Below, in pieces: positions 48,883 to 58,087 of a DNA stretch of 64,000 nucleotides. Made by a program: the position numbers and the translations under genes. The notes beneath the pieces were generated by a model. The model ran no database searches, was not told where the DNA came from, and saw only the letters and a list, made by a program, of their open reading frames with translations. Within the stretch, counting starts at the first letter, position 1; each line of letters starts with the position of its first letter. Source of the DNA: an uncultured Planctomycetaceae bacterium (GTDB lineage: Bacteria > Planctomycetota > Planctomycetia > Pirellulales > UBA1268); NCBI GenBank assembly GCA_903885565.1, contig CAISJI010000146.1:6389-70388 (forward strand), in the 5' to 3' direction.

Positions 48883-50435
48883 GCTGGCATGCGCGCGGTG
48901 TGAAGGGACGCTTCAGCCCCCTCGATCTGACTGGAGGGACGCCAGCGAAACACGTTCACGGAGTCAAAGCAGTGGTCGCCCAGGATCATGGCCGCACCGG
49001 TGAGAATCCAGCCCAATTGTCCCGGACCGCCCAAAGCAAAGAGCTGAACCTCTCCCAAGTTGGTGAAGAGAACGGCAAGGAAAACCGTCGTGCCAGGAAT
49101 GTTGCGTTGGCCGATGAGATATCCCAGAAAGCCGACAATGAAGATCACAAAGCAGGATGTCCCTAAAATCCCCGTCTCCTCCAATACAGCCGTCGGCAGA
49201 AAACCCTTCTCAACCGGAGCCGAGAGCAGGGTGGCTTTCTTGCGAAACTCCTCGCCGTAAGAGACCTGAAAACCGATGCCTGTGATGGGATGGCTTTTGA
49301 ATAATTCCCAGCTCTGGTTGATCAGCGCCTCGCGGGATTGCATGACCTGCTTCAGGTCGATTGTGGCACTTCCATCCCCCCCCTTGTTCGCGAAGGCGAC
49401 AACGCCTTTATAAATCCGGCCGCTGGTCAGAGTGTCGCCGACAACGACCACCAGAAGGAGAGCCGTGGCATATCCGAAAAGAGTGCCGGACGACAGGTTT
49501 CTGCGGAGCCTCGTCCCCAGTTTCCGAAAAGCCGTCAGCGAGCAGGCGTAGCCCGACAGAAGGCCGAGAACAAGCGACGCTGCTGAGGTGCGCGATCGCG
49601 TCAGCGTGATGAAATAGATCAAGAAGATGGCCAGCACGAGGCAGATCCAGCGGTTCTTGTATTTGCCATAGAGCCACACGCTGGCCAAGAAGGCCACCAC
49701 CGCGACCGCAAAGGGGCCGAGGGCATTGGAGTGGTAGAAGGGACCGTTGAAGAGGCCTTTTTCGGAGAGTTTTTCTGACAGCATATTGAAACCAATGCCG
49801 GCTACGCGGCTATAGATTCCCAGCAGCGTAATAGCGGCAGCCATGGCGACAAACCATTCTGTGAGGTCGGACTGTCGTTTTCGAATCACCTCCACGGCCG
49901 ACAGGATGCCAGAGACACCGAACCAGAAGGTGGCCAGTTTCAGCATCGATATGTTGATGTAATATCCGCCGGCAATGCTGCACAAGCCAGTCACAAGGCA
50001 GAAAAGATTGAATGCCAGGTAGTATTTGTAGCGAAAGAGGGTCTTTCGCTGAGCCTGTAAATCGGCAAAGAACCGCAGTGAAGCGACCACCAGCAGGAGC
50101 AACCTTCCGGGGGCCATGATAAATGACTTGGGGCAGATGGCCGTGTTCGCAGCGATGGCAAGCATCCCGATCGTCAGGGCCTTGAAGGCCGACTCCGGGC
50201 TTTTGGCGACCATCCAAAACATCAGGAGATAAAAAACTGCAGTACCAGGCGGTCCGAATTTGTTGATGAACAACAGCCCAATGATGAGCAGGGCCTGATA
50301 GCAGATTCGCTGTGGCGAAAGACCCCGGATAGCCTTCGTTTTCGGCAGCCCGCGAGCCACCCCAGCGGGTTGCCCAAACCCTGGGCCGATCTCAGGCATG
50401 AGTGCCTGATGGAAAGGGTCGGTGTAGGTATGCAT
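48879..50435 (-). CDS. O-antigen polymerase/ligase family membrane protein (Wzy-like)
   Basis: 518 aa with about 11-12 TM segments. Large loop with RSRTSAASLVLGLL and FYHSNALGPF motifs typical of the Wzy_C family. Clearly lower GC than its neighbours. Confidence 0.7.
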   Translation of the reverse strand: MHTYTDPFHQALMPEIGPGFGQPAGVARGLPKTKAIRGLSPQRICYQALLIIGLLFINKFGPPGTAVFYLLMFWMVAKSPESAFKALTIGMLAIAANTAICPKSFIMAPGRLLLLVVASLRFFADLQAQRKTLFRYKYYLAFNLFCLVTGLCSIAGGYYINISMLKLATFWFGVSGILSAVEVIRKRQSDLTEWFVAMAAAITLLGIYSRVAGIGFNMLSEKLSEKGLFNGPFYHSNALGPFAVAVVAFLASVWLYGKYKNRWICLVLAIFLIYFITLTRSRTSAASLVLGLLSGYACSLTAFRKLGTRLRRNLSSGTLFGYATALLLVVVVGDTLTSGRIYKGVVAFANKGGDGSATIDLKQVMQSREALINQSWELFKSHPITGIGFQVSYGEEFRKKATLLSAPVEKGFLPTAVLEETGILGTSCFVIFIVGFLGYLIGQRNIPGTTVFLAVLFTNLGEVQLFALGGPGQLGWILTGAAMILGDHCFDSVNVFRWRPSSQIEGAEASLHTARMPA

Positions 50436-50464
50436 CGGAAGAGTCGTGGTGGTGTGCCGCCCAT

Positions 50465-51637
50465 TCAGGCCGAGGGAAGATGTCGCAGCGACATCTCAAA
50501 ACGTTCGCGGGAGAGGGTGTCGCTCGCCCACATCCTGCCCGCCCTGCCCATGGCGCGAAGCCGCGGTTCGGACGATCGGTCAAACCCGCTCATTGCCTCC
50601 ACTGCCGCTTCGCGCGAGTCGTTCGGCAACAGCCAACCACAGTCTACCATCTCGACGTCCGGTCCAAGATCGTTTCCCGGAGAAAGAATGACCGGAATTC
50701 CGCTGGCCAGAGCATCTGCTGTGCTGTAGCCGAAGTTTTCGCGGAAGGAGAGCGACACAAATCCGTCTGAGCCGAGGTAGGCCTCGGTCAAAGCATTTCC
50801 GTGGAGTGGGCCGACGAGATGCACCCGGCCCGCAACTGCCTCAGGCACGCTGGCGGCGACCCCTTCCCGGGAGAGATTGCCGTCCATTCCGACCATGACC
50901 AGATGCGTGCGCTGCGGCATCGCCCGGCAGAATGCCTCGATGGTTTCCCGCGGTCTTTTCATGGAGTGAAGTCTGCCCACAAAGAGGAGCACCCGGGCAT
51001 CTGCGGGAAGGGAGAGCCGCTGTCGCCACTGCTGCCGCGCCCTGTCCCGCCCCCCCTCGTCCGGAAGGGTGACCGGCCAGGGGATCACGACCGACTGCCG
51101 TTGAGACACCCATCGAGCAGCTTTTTCACGTTCCCTTGTCGTGGCAAAAATGACTCGGCTGGCATGCTGCAAATAGGAGGTTCCCACCCACGAGAGCCAG
51201 AGCCGCTTCACGAGCGCCCGCTGCTTGAGCCCCCACGGATCGAGACAGCCATGAGGAACTGCCCAGTAGGGGCGGCGGTGGCGCCCAGACCAGCCCTCGA
51301 CCCAGGTGTTGTGTGCGCGGAAGAGAGAATGACAGACCAGCCAGGGGGCGTGTTGTGTCAGGGCTTCGGCTGCGGCCGCTGCCCGGCGCGACACATGGTG
51401 GGCACCCCGGAGGAACAGGCCCCCCCGGCAGGGAATTGTATGGATGCCTGGGCCGGCGGGCGGCTCGCCGACGGCTTGAGGGGAATGGCCCAGCCCCCCT
51501 TCATCGAAGGACAGAATCGGAGCCGACAACGCGCGCGAGAAGTCGTTCACGCAGCGGTGCAGGCCACCGTAGGCATGGTGATGGGTGAGACAGACGTTCC
51601 ACGGGGGCGGCCCCGAGTCGGGTTTCACAGCAGCCAT
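50465..51637 (-). CDS. Glycosyltransferase, GT4 family
   Basis: LLFVGRLHSMKRP...LVMVGMDG...SFRENFGYSTADALASGIPVI (EX7E-type region). Confidence 0.8.
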   Translation of the reverse strand: MAAVKPDSGPPPWNVCLTHHHAYGGLHRCVNDFSRALSAPILSFDEGGLGHSPQAVGEPPAGPGIHTIPCRGGLFLRGAHHVSRRAAAAAEALTQHAPWLVCHSLFRAHNTWVEGWSGRHRRPYWAVPHGCLDPWGLKQRALVKRLWLSWVGTSYLQHASRVIFATTREREKAARWVSQRQSVVIPWPVTLPDEGGRDRARQQWRQRLSLPADARVLLFVGRLHSMKRPRETIEAFCRAMPQRTHLVMVGMDGNLSREGVAASVPEAVAGRVHLVGPLHGNALTEAYLGSDGFVSLSFRENFGYSTADALASGIPVILSPGNDLGPDVEMVDCGWLLPNDSREAAVEAMSGFDRSSEPRLRAMGRAGRMWASDTLSRERFEMSLRHLPSA

Positions 51638-52818
51638 TGTTGCATTCTGACACGGGTGGCATCCGGGCCGCCAGCAACGGTGGCCAGAAAGAATTCGGCA
51701 GCCCGCGACGCGGAGAAAGAGGCGGCAGTCGCGGCGAGCTGGGTTCTTCTGACGGTCTGCACTGGCCCGCCACCAATGGCGCTTTCGAGCGCGGCTGCCA
51801 GAGAGGCCACCGATCCTGCCTGAACCACCCTTCCCATCTGATCGTCTTGCACCAGACAGTTCGCGCCACAGCGATCGGTGCAGATAACGGGCGTGCCCAC
51901 GGCGAGCGATTCATTCACAAGAAGCCCCCATCCATCGAAGCGGCTCGGCAGAAGAGTCCAGTCGGCACGGGCCAGCAGCGGCGGCAAGTCATGATTGGGC
52001 ACCACGCCGTGCAGGCGGATCCGCTCACGCATCCGCGGTTGCTCGAGCAGCGTTTCAAGGCTGGTTCTCAGGGGCCCATCCCCATAGGCATCCAGGTGCC
52101 ACTCGCCGCTCCCGATGGTCGCGATTGCCCGCATCAGAATGTCGATCCCTTTGCGCGGCACAAACTGCCCCGCATAGATGAAACGCACTCGGCCGGACGT
52201 CGTCTGCTCCAACGGTGGCTGATGCGCCGAGCCCTGTGCCGGCGCTCGCGAAGGCGGGGCCCTCTGCCCTTGGGACTCAAGCGGCGGGGACTGATCGGCC
52301 AGGAAATAGCCGAAGGGAAGGACTTTGTGAGGTGAAAAGCCGCTCTGTGTAAAGAACCTGCAGCCCATCTCCCCGCACGCCAGCACGCAGAAAAACCGGT
52401 TCTGCCAGCGGGTTGCCAAGGCCCGCCCACGCAGCCGCTTGATCCAGCCGTTCCACCAGGGCTGCTCCGGCGCCTCCGAGAAGATGGCCAGCCGGGCCGC
52501 TGAGCGTTGGAGTTGGAAAAAACCTCGCCAGACCAGGGGATGGGAGAAAAAGCCGGTGAACACATGGACGTCGGTGGCGGTGCTATAGCCAGCCAGACGG
52601 GCCCAGTTTTGCGGATCACTGATATCGACCGCCGTCACGCGTTCAAACCGGCACGCCGGCCAGCCCTGCTGCCGTCGGCTGGCGGGCAGCCAGTCCTCAT
52701 AGCCCAGAATCACCTCGCCAGAGAAACGTGCGGCGACAGCCTCCAGAAACGCCTCCTGATGGGGGCTGGCGATGGGCTGCCAGAAAACGATGCGGCGGGC
52801 TGGGGGAATTCTGCTCAT
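51625..52818 (-). CDS. Glycosyltransferase, GT4 family
   Basis: FIYAGQFVPRKGIDILM, LLPSRFDGWGLLVNESLAVGTPVI. Overlaps the next gene by 13 nt. Confidence 0.8.
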   Translation of the reverse strand: MSRIPPARRIVFWQPIASPHQEAFLEAVAARFSGEVILGYEDWLPASRRQQGWPACRFERVTAVDISDPQNWARLAGYSTATDVHVFTGFFSHPLVWRGFFQLQRSAARLAIFSEAPEQPWWNGWIKRLRGRALATRWQNRFFCVLACGEMGCRFFTQSGFSPHKVLPFGYFLADQSPPLESQGQRAPPSRAPAQGSAHQPPLEQTTSGRVRFIYAGQFVPRKGIDILMRAIATIGSGEWHLDAYGDGPLRTSLETLLEQPRMRERIRLHGVVPNHDLPPLLARADWTLLPSRFDGWGLLVNESLAVGTPVICTDRCGANCLVQDDQMGRVVQAGSVASLAAALESAIGGGPVQTVRRTQLAATAASFSASRAAEFFLATVAGGPDATRVRMQQWLL

Positions 52819-52819
52819 A

Positions 52820-53932
52820 TCATGCCAACAACGTGGCTGCCAATCGGTTCACACACGCATCCCAAGTGAACGCCTCAGCTCGACTTCGCCCCTTGGCGAT
52901 CCATGATTGCCGAGAGGCCGAGTCTCTGCGGAGCTGATGGAGCACATCTACAATTTCGCCGGCCTGACTGGCATCAACATAGGCCGCCGCATCTGCGGCT
53001 GTTTCCGGGACGGCCGTCAGCCTGCAGGCCACGACCGGGAGGCCTGCCGCCATTGCCTCCAGCGCCACCATGCCGAACGACTCGATAGCGGGCAGATAGA
53101 GCAGCGCCAGATAGTGCGGCATCATGGCGGCCAGCACTGACGCATCGACATACCCCAGCCGGCGCACGTTGGGCAGGGCGTCCGCCTGCCGGACATACCG
53201 GGCATCGTCAAAGGTGCCGGCGACATCGATCTGCAGAGGAGAACGCGCGGCCAGCAGTGCCCTGGCCACATCCAGCACATACCTCGCCCCATCCCAATCA
53301 TTCAAACCACCAACCACAAGAACCCTGTCTTCATCGCAGGGGACAGAAGGCCGACAACCGGCCGCAAAAAAACAGGCGTCGACTCCATTGCCGACGACCA
53401 CAGAGCGATTTTCCGGAAGCCCAAACCGCTCCACCAGAAATCGTTCCACATAGCGGGACACGCTCAGCACCCGATCCGCATGGCGGCAGATCTGGCGATA
53501 AAACCAGTCGGCGCGAGCCCGCTCAAAGATGGCCCACGGACTGTTGTAGCCGGGCAGTTCTGGTTCGAAGTAGGTGACTCCATGCACCGTGGCCGCAGTG
53601 CGCAGGTGGGTGGCCGGACACCACAGTTCCTGAGGGGAATAGAGCCAGTCGGCACCTGGACAAAACCGATCGGCCGCTGGCCAGGGGCTCACGGCCCACA
53701 GCATCCGTGCTTCGCGGTTGGACAGCGGCAGTCTGTGACAGGGAAGCGAGGCCAGGGAACTGCCCGCGGGAATCTTCCCAGATTCCGGAAGCTGATCGCG
53801 GCTGGCCAGAACACTGACATCACATCCCGGCGTGGCTTGCAGCCCATGGAGCATGCGGGCGATGTGCTTGTCGACGCCCGTAGGCTGTCGCAGCGTGTAT
53901 CGCAGATCGACGTAGGCGACGATTTTTTTCAT
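52820..53932 (-). CDS. Glycosyltransferase, GT4 family
   Basis: The track start at 53950 is GTG. The ATG at 53932 gives MKKIVAYVD. C-terminal half: LYLPAIESFGMVALEAMAAGLPVV. Confidence 0.8.
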   Translation of the reverse strand: MKKIVAYVDLRYTLRQPTGVDKHIARMLHGLQATPGCDVSVLASRDQLPESGKIPAGSSLASLPCHRLPLSNREARMLWAVSPWPAADRFCPGADWLYSPQELWCPATHLRTAATVHGVTYFEPELPGYNSPWAIFERARADWFYRQICRHADRVLSVSRYVERFLVERFGLPENRSVVVGNGVDACFFAAGCRPSVPCDEDRVLVVGGLNDWDGARYVLDVARALLAARSPLQIDVAGTFDDARYVRQADALPNVRRLGYVDASVLAAMMPHYLALLYLPAIESFGMVALEAMAAGLPVVACRLTAVPETAADAAAYVDASQAGEIVDVLHQLRRDSASRQSWIAKGRSRAEAFTWDACVNRLAATLLA

Positions 53933-53982
53933 GAGGCTTGGGGTGGACACTCACCGCGGGAAGACTGGAAGGGGCCGTTGCG

Positions 53983-54654
53983 TCACGACGAACCATCCAG
54001 ACGGACCAGCGGCTGAATGCGGCCCGGAACGCCAAACACCAGGGAATCTCCCGGAACATCTGTCAGGGCACAGGAATTGGCGCTCAGTTTGCTCCGCGAG
54101 CCCATCGTTCTCCCTGGGCCGACCGAAGCATGCATTCCCAGAAAAACGTCATCGGCCACATGGGCATTCCCCCCCAGCGTGGCGTATGGGGAAAGAACTG
54201 CGTAATCCCCCACGCTGCCATCGTGCCCGATGGAAGTGTGATAGTTCATCAGCACACAGCGCCCCAGCCGGGCGGCATCGCTCACGATGCTGTGTGGGCA
54301 GAGAATCGAGCCGTCTCCGATGACGGCAGTGCGTGCGACGATCGCCGTCGGATGAATGAGACTGATAAACATGGCATGTCGCTCGAGGAGTTGCTCGGCG
54401 ACGCGGCGACGCACCTCCGGAATGCCGATCGCCAGCAGAAATCTGTCTCCCGGGGCGGGGATGAAGTCTGCTGGATTGCCGAGTATCGGCAGATCGTTGG
54501 CATGAGCATCGAGCGCCCGGGGGTCTGCGGAAAGGAATCCCCCCAAGCGTCGTGCCGCATCAGGCCAGGCAGCATGGGCCCATTGCACCACCTCGCGGGC
54601 GAACCCTCCGGCGCCGACCACCACAACGCGACGGACCGATTCCGGGAGTGTCAT
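53983..54654 (-). CDS. NeuD/PglD-family sugar N-acyl(acetyl)transferase (left-handed beta-helix)
   Basis: ATG at 54654 verified. N-terminal Rossmann-like VVVVGAGGFAREV, followed by hexapeptide repeats (IHPTAIVARTAVIGDGSIL..., IGHDGSVGDYAVLSP...). Confidence 0.8.
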   Translation of the reverse strand: MTLPESVRRVVVVGAGGFAREVVQWAHAAWPDAARRLGGFLSADPRALDAHANDLPILGNPADFIPAPGDRFLLAIGIPEVRRRVAEQLLERHAMFISLIHPTAIVARTAVIGDGSILCPHSIVSDAARLGRCVLMNYHTSIGHDGSVGDYAVLSPYATLGGNAHVADDVFLGMHASVGPGRTMGSRSKLSANSCALTDVPGDSLVFGVPGRIQPLVRLDGSS

Positions 54655-54783
54655 GGAGCTTGCATGTGGGAACGGTGGGGGCGGAGGACGGCGCGATGGC
54701 CCCGAAACGCAACACCATTGATGGTACCGCATGGGAGGAGGAATTCCCGCAGCGCACCCCGGAAAGGGGGCGTTTTTTCGCGC

Positions 54784-55599
54784 TCAGCTCGAACCGCCTC
54801 CGTCGATTGTGAGTGTTTGGCCGGTCATGAAGGCGGCCTGCGGGCCGGTCAGAAAGAGAATCGCCCCCGTCACATCGGCAGCGGCTCCCAGACGCCCCAG
54901 TGGCGTCCGCCGGACAATCCGGGTTCGGTCGGTGGGGGAGAGTGCCGCGGACAGATCTGTTTCCAGGAAGCCGGGGGCGATCGCATTCACCCGGATGCCG
55001 CGGGGGCCGAGTTCCCGGGCCAGGCTGCGGGCGAATCCCTCCAGGCCCGCCTTGGTGGCGGCATACACCGCCAGCCCAGGACTGCCCCGCATGGCGACCA
55101 CGCTCGACACCACCACGATCGAACTGACGCTGCCCCCCGGCAGGCTCCCTCTGGTGGCCTCTTGCGCGGCCTCTTGAGTGGCCTCCGCGCCAACGGCCGT
55201 GGGGGCACTCGGTCCGGGCTGGAGGAGCATCTGACGCACGCACTCCCGCACCAGCACAATCGAACCCTTGAGGTTGATCGCCAGCATGTCGTCGATTGCG
55301 GCGTCACTCAGGGTCGCGAGCACGCCATCGTGGGCCACTGCCGCATTGGCGACACAGTGATCAATCCTGCCGAATCTGCCGACTGTTGCCGCGACGAACC
55401 GCTGCAGTTGTGTACTGTTGGCTGCGTCGGCAATCTCGGCATGAAGACGCGTCGCGTGGTCCGCCTGAAGCTGTTTCAGACGCGCTGAACCAGATCGGGA
55501 AAACGTGGCGACGTTATCGCCCCGTGCCAACAGCCGTTCGACGAGCGCCAGTCCCAGCCCCCGAGAACCTCCCGAGACAATTGTTGTGGCCGCTGCCAT
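54784..55599 (-). CDS. Short-chain dehydrogenase/reductase (FabG-like) with an insert of about 30 aa
   Basis: TIVSGGSRGLGLA, NAAV, YAATKAGLEGF (YxxxK), IRVNAIAPGF. The insert QPGPSAPTAVGAEATQEAAQEATRGSLPGG lies before the Ser strand. Confidence 0.85.
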   Translation of the reverse strand: MAAATTIVSGGSRGLGLALVERLLARGDNVATFSRSGSARLKQLQADHATRLHAEIADAANSTQLQRFVAATVGRFGRIDHCVANAAVAHDGVLATLSDAAIDDMLAINLKGSIVLVRECVRQMLLQPGPSAPTAVGAEATQEAAQEATRGSLPGGSVSSIVVVSSVVAMRGSPGLAVYAATKAGLEGFARSLARELGPRGIRVNAIAPGFLETDLSAALSPTDRTRIVRRTPLGRLGAAADVTGAILFLTGPQAAFMTGQTLTIDGGGSS

Positions 55600-55711
55600 C
55601 AGGGTTCTCGCAATTCAAAAAGAATCTGGAGCATCGGGGCGGGGGGAGGGGTGCTGTTCGAAAGGCGATCGCCGGCGGAATGCGTCGGTGCGGAGACGGC
55701 AGGTGGGCCGT

Positions 55712-57106
55712 TCACAACCGGCTCGAGTGGCGGGGGATCTTGCCGGAGGTGTTCACCATGAGATGCTTCACGAAATCGAGCAGCCGCGGGGTGCTGTGGG
55801 GTTCGAGGGCGGTGCGGCAGGTGGTGAGGGCCGCGGCCCGGATGCTTTCCGGCGTAGCCTCGGCAGGCAGTGGATCTGCCAGTACGATCTGCGCAGCGAC
55901 CAGTTCCCCGGTGATGGCGCTGGGCAGCCCATAGACCCGCGCATCGGCAATTCCGGACACACCGCGCAGGATCTCCTCGACCCGCCGGGGATAGACCTTG
56001 GCCCCGCCGACAACAATGACGTCGCTGCGGCGGCCGGTGAATTCGCAGCGGTCATCACGCCGTTCCACCAGGTCGCCGGTGGCCACCTCGGCAGTGTCGC
56101 GCGAAAGTTGGACGAGCAGTTCCCCGTCGCGGCGAGTGGTCAGTCGTACGCCACCGGGGAGCGTTTTTCCGAGCCATTCGGCAGGAAAACCGGCCCGACC
56201 ATCCACCACGCGAAACACCTCTCCCAACTCGGTGGTGGCATAGACATGCGTGACCTTCACGCCGGGGAAGGCGGCATGCGTTTTGGCAAGCAGCTGCGCA
56301 TCGGCAGCCTCGCCCCCCAGCGTGATCCGGGCGAGTTTCATTTTTGAAAGCAATCCGCTCTCGGCAGAGGTCAGCAACCGCCGCAGCAGCGTGGGGGTGG
56401 CCGGCAGGATCGAGACATCTTCCTCCACGATTGCCCGCGCCACACAATCGGGCGCTCGCGACGCCGGCACTACCAGCGTGCCGGCTGTGAGGAGCGCCTG
56501 CAGCCAGACCTGAGTGCCTGCCCAGCGCGTCGCATCGTAGACCATCAACCAGCCCAGACCACGCCACTGTTCCGAAAGACGGGCGGCAGCCAGCAGGGAA
56601 TCCCACGAGTGCTCCACGAGTTTCGGCGGGCCGCTGGTTCCCGAGGTGGCGACGACGACCTGCGCCGAAGCGGAGTCAAAGGCGTCCTCGCGACGGGGGC
56701 CCGCCTGCGATCCGATCCCGGTTGTGCCGACTGACAGTTGGAGCCCGTCGCCCAGCACGGCCCAGTCGTGCAGGGCCCCCACCAAATCTCTGGCATCGTC
56801 TGCCACCACGGCGAGCGGCACCTGCTGACGCCCACAGGCGGCCACTGTCGCCACCAGCGCATCAATCTCCCGCTGGCGTGCCACGACACCCCTGGGACGC
56901 TGGTCCACCAGTTGCTGCTCGACAGCCTTCACGTTCGCTGCGAGCACTCCGTAGCTGATGCCGCGCCGCTGAGCGCTGCCGGCCTGTTCAACAATCGCGG
57001 TGCGCTCGGGAAACGCCTGCGCCATGAGGTCAATGGCGGCGGCAAGTCTGTTTGCCACCGGCACATCGGTCAGCCGGGAAAGAAAATCAGTGGCAGAGGA
57101 AGACAT
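55712..57106 (-). CDS. AMP-dependent synthetase/ligase (acyl-ACP/CoA ligase)
   Basis: ATSGTSGPPKLVEHS (AMP-binding motif), YATTELG, TGDLVERRDDRCEFTGRRSDVIVVGGAKV, final GKIPR. Confidence 0.85.
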   Translation of the reverse strand: MSSSATDFLSRLTDVPVANRLAAAIDLMAQAFPERTAIVEQAGSAQRRGISYGVLAANVKAVEQQLVDQRPRGVVARQREIDALVATVAACGRQQVPLAVVADDARDLVGALHDWAVLGDGLQLSVGTTGIGSQAGPRREDAFDSASAQVVVATSGTSGPPKLVEHSWDSLLAAARLSEQWRGLGWLMVYDATRWAGTQVWLQALLTAGTLVVPASRAPDCVARAIVEEDVSILPATPTLLRRLLTSAESGLLSKMKLARITLGGEAADAQLLAKTHAAFPGVKVTHVYATTELGEVFRVVDGRAGFPAEWLGKTLPGGVRLTTRRDGELLVQLSRDTAEVATGDLVERRDDRCEFTGRRSDVIVVGGAKVYPRRVEEILRGVSGIADARVYGLPSAITGELVAAQIVLADPLPAEATPESIRAAALTTCRTALEPHSTPRLLDFVKHLMVNTSGKIPRHSSRL

Positions 57107-57164
57107 CGTATTGAGTGGCGTGGTCGAGAAGGGAAAGGGGGAGTTGGAATGAGGATATTGTTTT

Positions 57165-57455
57165 TCAATGGTCGAGCGCTGGCGGCAACGTCGCCGCGGA
57201 GAGGGCCGCTTCGTAGAGCGTCACAAGATCCCCCACGGTGCGCATCCGCAGGGTCGGGCTTGAGCCGGCAGAACGAAACGGATCGCAGGCCAACTCCCGC
57301 TCCAGCAGCACGATGGTCTGGGCCAGATCGAGTGAGTCGAGACCGATGTCGGTGGAAAGCAGATGTCCTGATTCCACGGCTTGGGCGGATCTGCCCGTGT
57401 CGTGCAGCACCGTGAGGATCGCCTTTCGCACCACCGGCAAAAGAGACTCATTCAT
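57165..57455 (-). CDS. Acyl carrier protein
   Basis: 96 aa from the ATG at 57455; the track is extended to 57554. DIGLDSLDLAQ contains the phosphopantetheine-Ser motif (DSL). The ATG overlaps the upstream stop (ATGA). Confidence 0.75.
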   Translation of the reverse strand: MNESLLPVVRKAILTVLHDTGRSAQAVESGHLLSTDIGLDSLDLAQTIVLLERELACDPFRSAGSSPTLRMRTVGDLVTLYEAALSAATLPPALDH

Positions 57456-58087
57456 GGCAAGAACTCCCGCATCGTCGCCGCGCCGGGAGCAGTCACTCCC
57501 CGCCCCGTGAGACCCTGCCAGGCGACCTGAAAAAAGGTGACTACAAGAATCCACACATCAACTATTGGAGCGTACCACGTGCCGAGCATTTCCACGTAAC
57601 GGGCGTCCAATTCCAGCCGAGCGGGCCAATCCAGGCCGTTGCGCCCGTGAATCTGGGCCCATCCTGTCAGGCCAGGTCGCACCTGCAGGCGGGTGGCCTG
57701 CCGCGGCGAATACCGCTGGGTGTACCGCAGCGGCAATGGTCGCGGTCCCACCAGGCTCATATCGCCCACCAGCACGCTCACCAGTTGGGGCAGCTCATCC
57801 AGGCTGGAACGACGCAGCCAGCGGCCAAACGGCCCGAGTCGATCGGCATCGGGAAGTGGTTGTCCGTCCGGGCCGCAGGCCAGGCTCATCGACCTGAATT
57901 TTCCAATCACGATTCTCCGGCCGTCCCGTCCGGCGCGAGTGTCGAAATAGATGGCGGGCGATCCCAGCACGCACACGACCGTCAGCCCGACCGCCACCAT
58001 CAGGGGCAGCAGCAGCAGCAGCAGGCATGCCGCCGCTGCGGTATCGATGAAACGCTTCACGGCGTGGTCGTAGAAGCCTCCGGTCAC
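57452..58087 (-). CDS. Monotopic phosphoglycosyl transferase (bacterial sugar transferase, PglC/WbaP C-terminal type)
   Basis: GTG at 58087 gives VTGGFYDHAVKRFIDTAAA; the track is extended to 58633. Motifs: KFRSM, SLDELPQL, GDMSLVGPRP, RPGLTGWAQ. Confidence 0.85.
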   Translation of the reverse strand: MTGGFYDHAVKRFIDTAAAACLLLLLLPLMVAVGLTVVCVLGSPAIYFDTRAGRDGRRIVIGKFRSMSLACGPDGQPLPDADRLGPFGRWLRRSSLDELPQLVSVLVGDMSLVGPRPLPLRYTQRYSPRQATRLQVRPGLTGWAQIHGRNGLDWPARLELDARYVEMLGTWYAPIVDVWILVVTFFQVAWQGLTGRGVTAPGAATMREFLP

